From assembly GCA_964547115.1 (NCBI GenBank), contig CAZJMZ010000001.1:1-36843 (forward strand): a stretch of DNA of 36,843 bases, written 5' to 3'. Shown here piece after piece: positions 35,794 through 36,843 of this stretch. The position numbers were made by a program, and so were the translations under genes. Each line of letters opens with the position of its first letter. Position 1 is the stretch's first letter. This DNA comes from an uncultured Anaerolinea sp. GTDB lineage: Bacteria; Chloroflexota; Anaerolineae; Anaerolineales; Villigracilaceae. The notes under the pieces were generated by a model. The model did not search any database. It had not been told where the DNA came from and worked only from the letters and a program-made list of their open reading frames with translations.

Positions 35794-36408
35794 CTACAAC
35801 AGTCCCATTTCATTTAATGTATGCCGCAACCCGTCCGGCGATGTGAAGTGAATTGTATGGAAGCCCATTGTATTCGCCCGCTGGATATTTGGCAACGAGT
35901 CGTCGATGAACACACATTCTTTCGCTGGTTTACCGATCTTCTCCAGCAAAATATGGTAGATCTCCGGCTCCGGCTTGACGTGTCCCACGGCTCCTGAAAT
36001 GACCATGTCGTCGAACAGGTCAAAGAATTCGTACTTTGTACGGGCTATGGGGAAGGTCTCAGCCGACCAGTTGCTCAAGCCATAGATGCCAAACCCTGCC
36101 TGCTTCAAGGTCTTCAAGATTTCAACCGTACCCCACAGCGCACCGCCGACCGAGTCGAGCCAATGGTCGTGATAGGCTTGAAACAAATGCGCATATTGCG
36201 GGAATTTCTTTGAGTGCTCTTCTACGCCCTCGGCGAAGGGGCGGCCTTTGTCCTGCAGAGCGTTCCAAGCCATGAAATCCACTTCTTTCAAAAAGGATTC
36301 CATGCCCGCTTCATCGTTGATGAAATAACGCCGGTAGATGTGGCGCGGCTCCCACTCCAATAGAACATTTCCGTAATCAAAAATGATGGCTGTGATGTTT
36401 GTGGTCAT
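35794..36408 (-). CDS. HAD-superfamily hydrolase (subfamily IA)
   Basis: Motif I IIFDYGNVL, LSN, KPEPEIY, motif IV FIDD. Confidence 0.9.
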   Translation of the reverse strand: MTTNITAIIFDYGNVLLEWEPRHIYRRYFINDEAGMESFLKEVDFMAWNALQDKGRPFAEGVEEHSKKFPQYAHLFQAYHDHWLDSVGGALWGTVEILKTLKQAGFGIYGLSNWSAETFPIARTKYEFFDLFDDMVISGAVGHVKPEPEIYHILLEKIGKPAKECVFIDDSLPNIQRANTMGFHTIHFTSPDGLRHTLNEMGLL

Positions 36409-36426
36409 AGCTTGATTCTACTGTAA

Positions 36427-36461
36427 AAACTGACAGTCACCTTCAAGGTGACTGTCAGTTT
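36427..36461. repeat. Perfect 17-bp inverted repeat; probable terminator of the GcvT-family gene or REP-like element
   Basis: AAACTGACAGTCACCTT-c-AAGGTGACTGTCAGTTT; each arm contains the nested palindrome TGAC-N-GTCA; a T-tract follows on the minus strand. Confidence 0.8.
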
Positions 36462-36465
36462 ACTT

Positions 36466-36843
36466 TTATGACTTGATCTTCTCGCCCTTCGGGTCGACCA
36501 GCGGCTCTTTCTGTACCTCCGCCTGGATCTCGACCCCGAAACATTCAACGCTGACGCGGGTACCCGGCTTTGCTAACTCGATGGGCAGATATGTGTAAGC
36601 AATGCTCTTGTTGATGGAATATCCAAATCCGCCCGAAGTAACCCAGCCCACCACCTTGCCATCATGACGAATCGGCTCGCTGCCAAAGACGATGGTGTTC
36701 GGGTCAGCGAGTGTGATGCAGCATAGTTTCTTTTTGACGCCTTCTGCTTTTTGTTTTTGCAACGCCGCCTTGCCCATAAAATCAACGGACTTGTTCAACG
36801 CCACCGCAAACCCCAACCCCGCTTCGTAAGGTGTGTAATCAGG
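36466..36843 (-). CDS. GcvT-family aminomethyltransferase C-terminal domain (5'-truncated; may be a dimethylglycine/sarcosine dehydrogenase-like protein)
   Basis: Frame open to the window end: PDYTPYEAGLGFAV..DFMGKAAL..VGWVTSGGFGYSINKSIAY..PLVDPKGEKIKS. Confidence 0.85.
   Translation of the reverse strand, partial: PDYTPYEAGLGFAVALNKSVDFMGKAALQKQKAEGVKKKLCCITLADPNTIVFGSEPIRHDGKVVGWVTSGGFGYSINKSIAYTYLPIELAKPGTRVSVECFGVEIQAEVQKEPLVDPKGEKIKS

Overview
GC-rich bacterial window; the gene style suggests Chloroflexota (Anaerolineae-like), which is an inference. The flanks are housekeeping: partial moaE and fabF on the left; tRNA-Gly(CCC), a polyprenyl synthase, a HAD hydrolase and a partial GcvT-family gene on the right. 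The centre is a ~31 kb, tightly coupled minus-strand signal-transduction operon (34005 to 2815). In order it encodes two single-domain receivers, a soluble multi-GAF protein, ten tandem membrane receptors, an orphan ParA, a soluble GAF/PAS hybrid histidine kinase and a threonine-synthase-like PLP enzyme fused to a receiver domain; an EamA transporter follows. The ten receptors have diverse sensor regions but no catalytic output. They share a highly conserved GAF domain plus an unusual C-terminal 'split GAF' module, and a matching half-GAF sits at the kinase N-terminus. The layout resembles a chemosensory pathway built on GAF modules instead of MCP/CheW/CheA, and is the best candidate here for an undescribed system. 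A near-consensus sigma70 promoter drives it through a ~255 nt leader containing a terminator and a possible antiterminator. Domain calls are by motif recognition only; no database searches were run.
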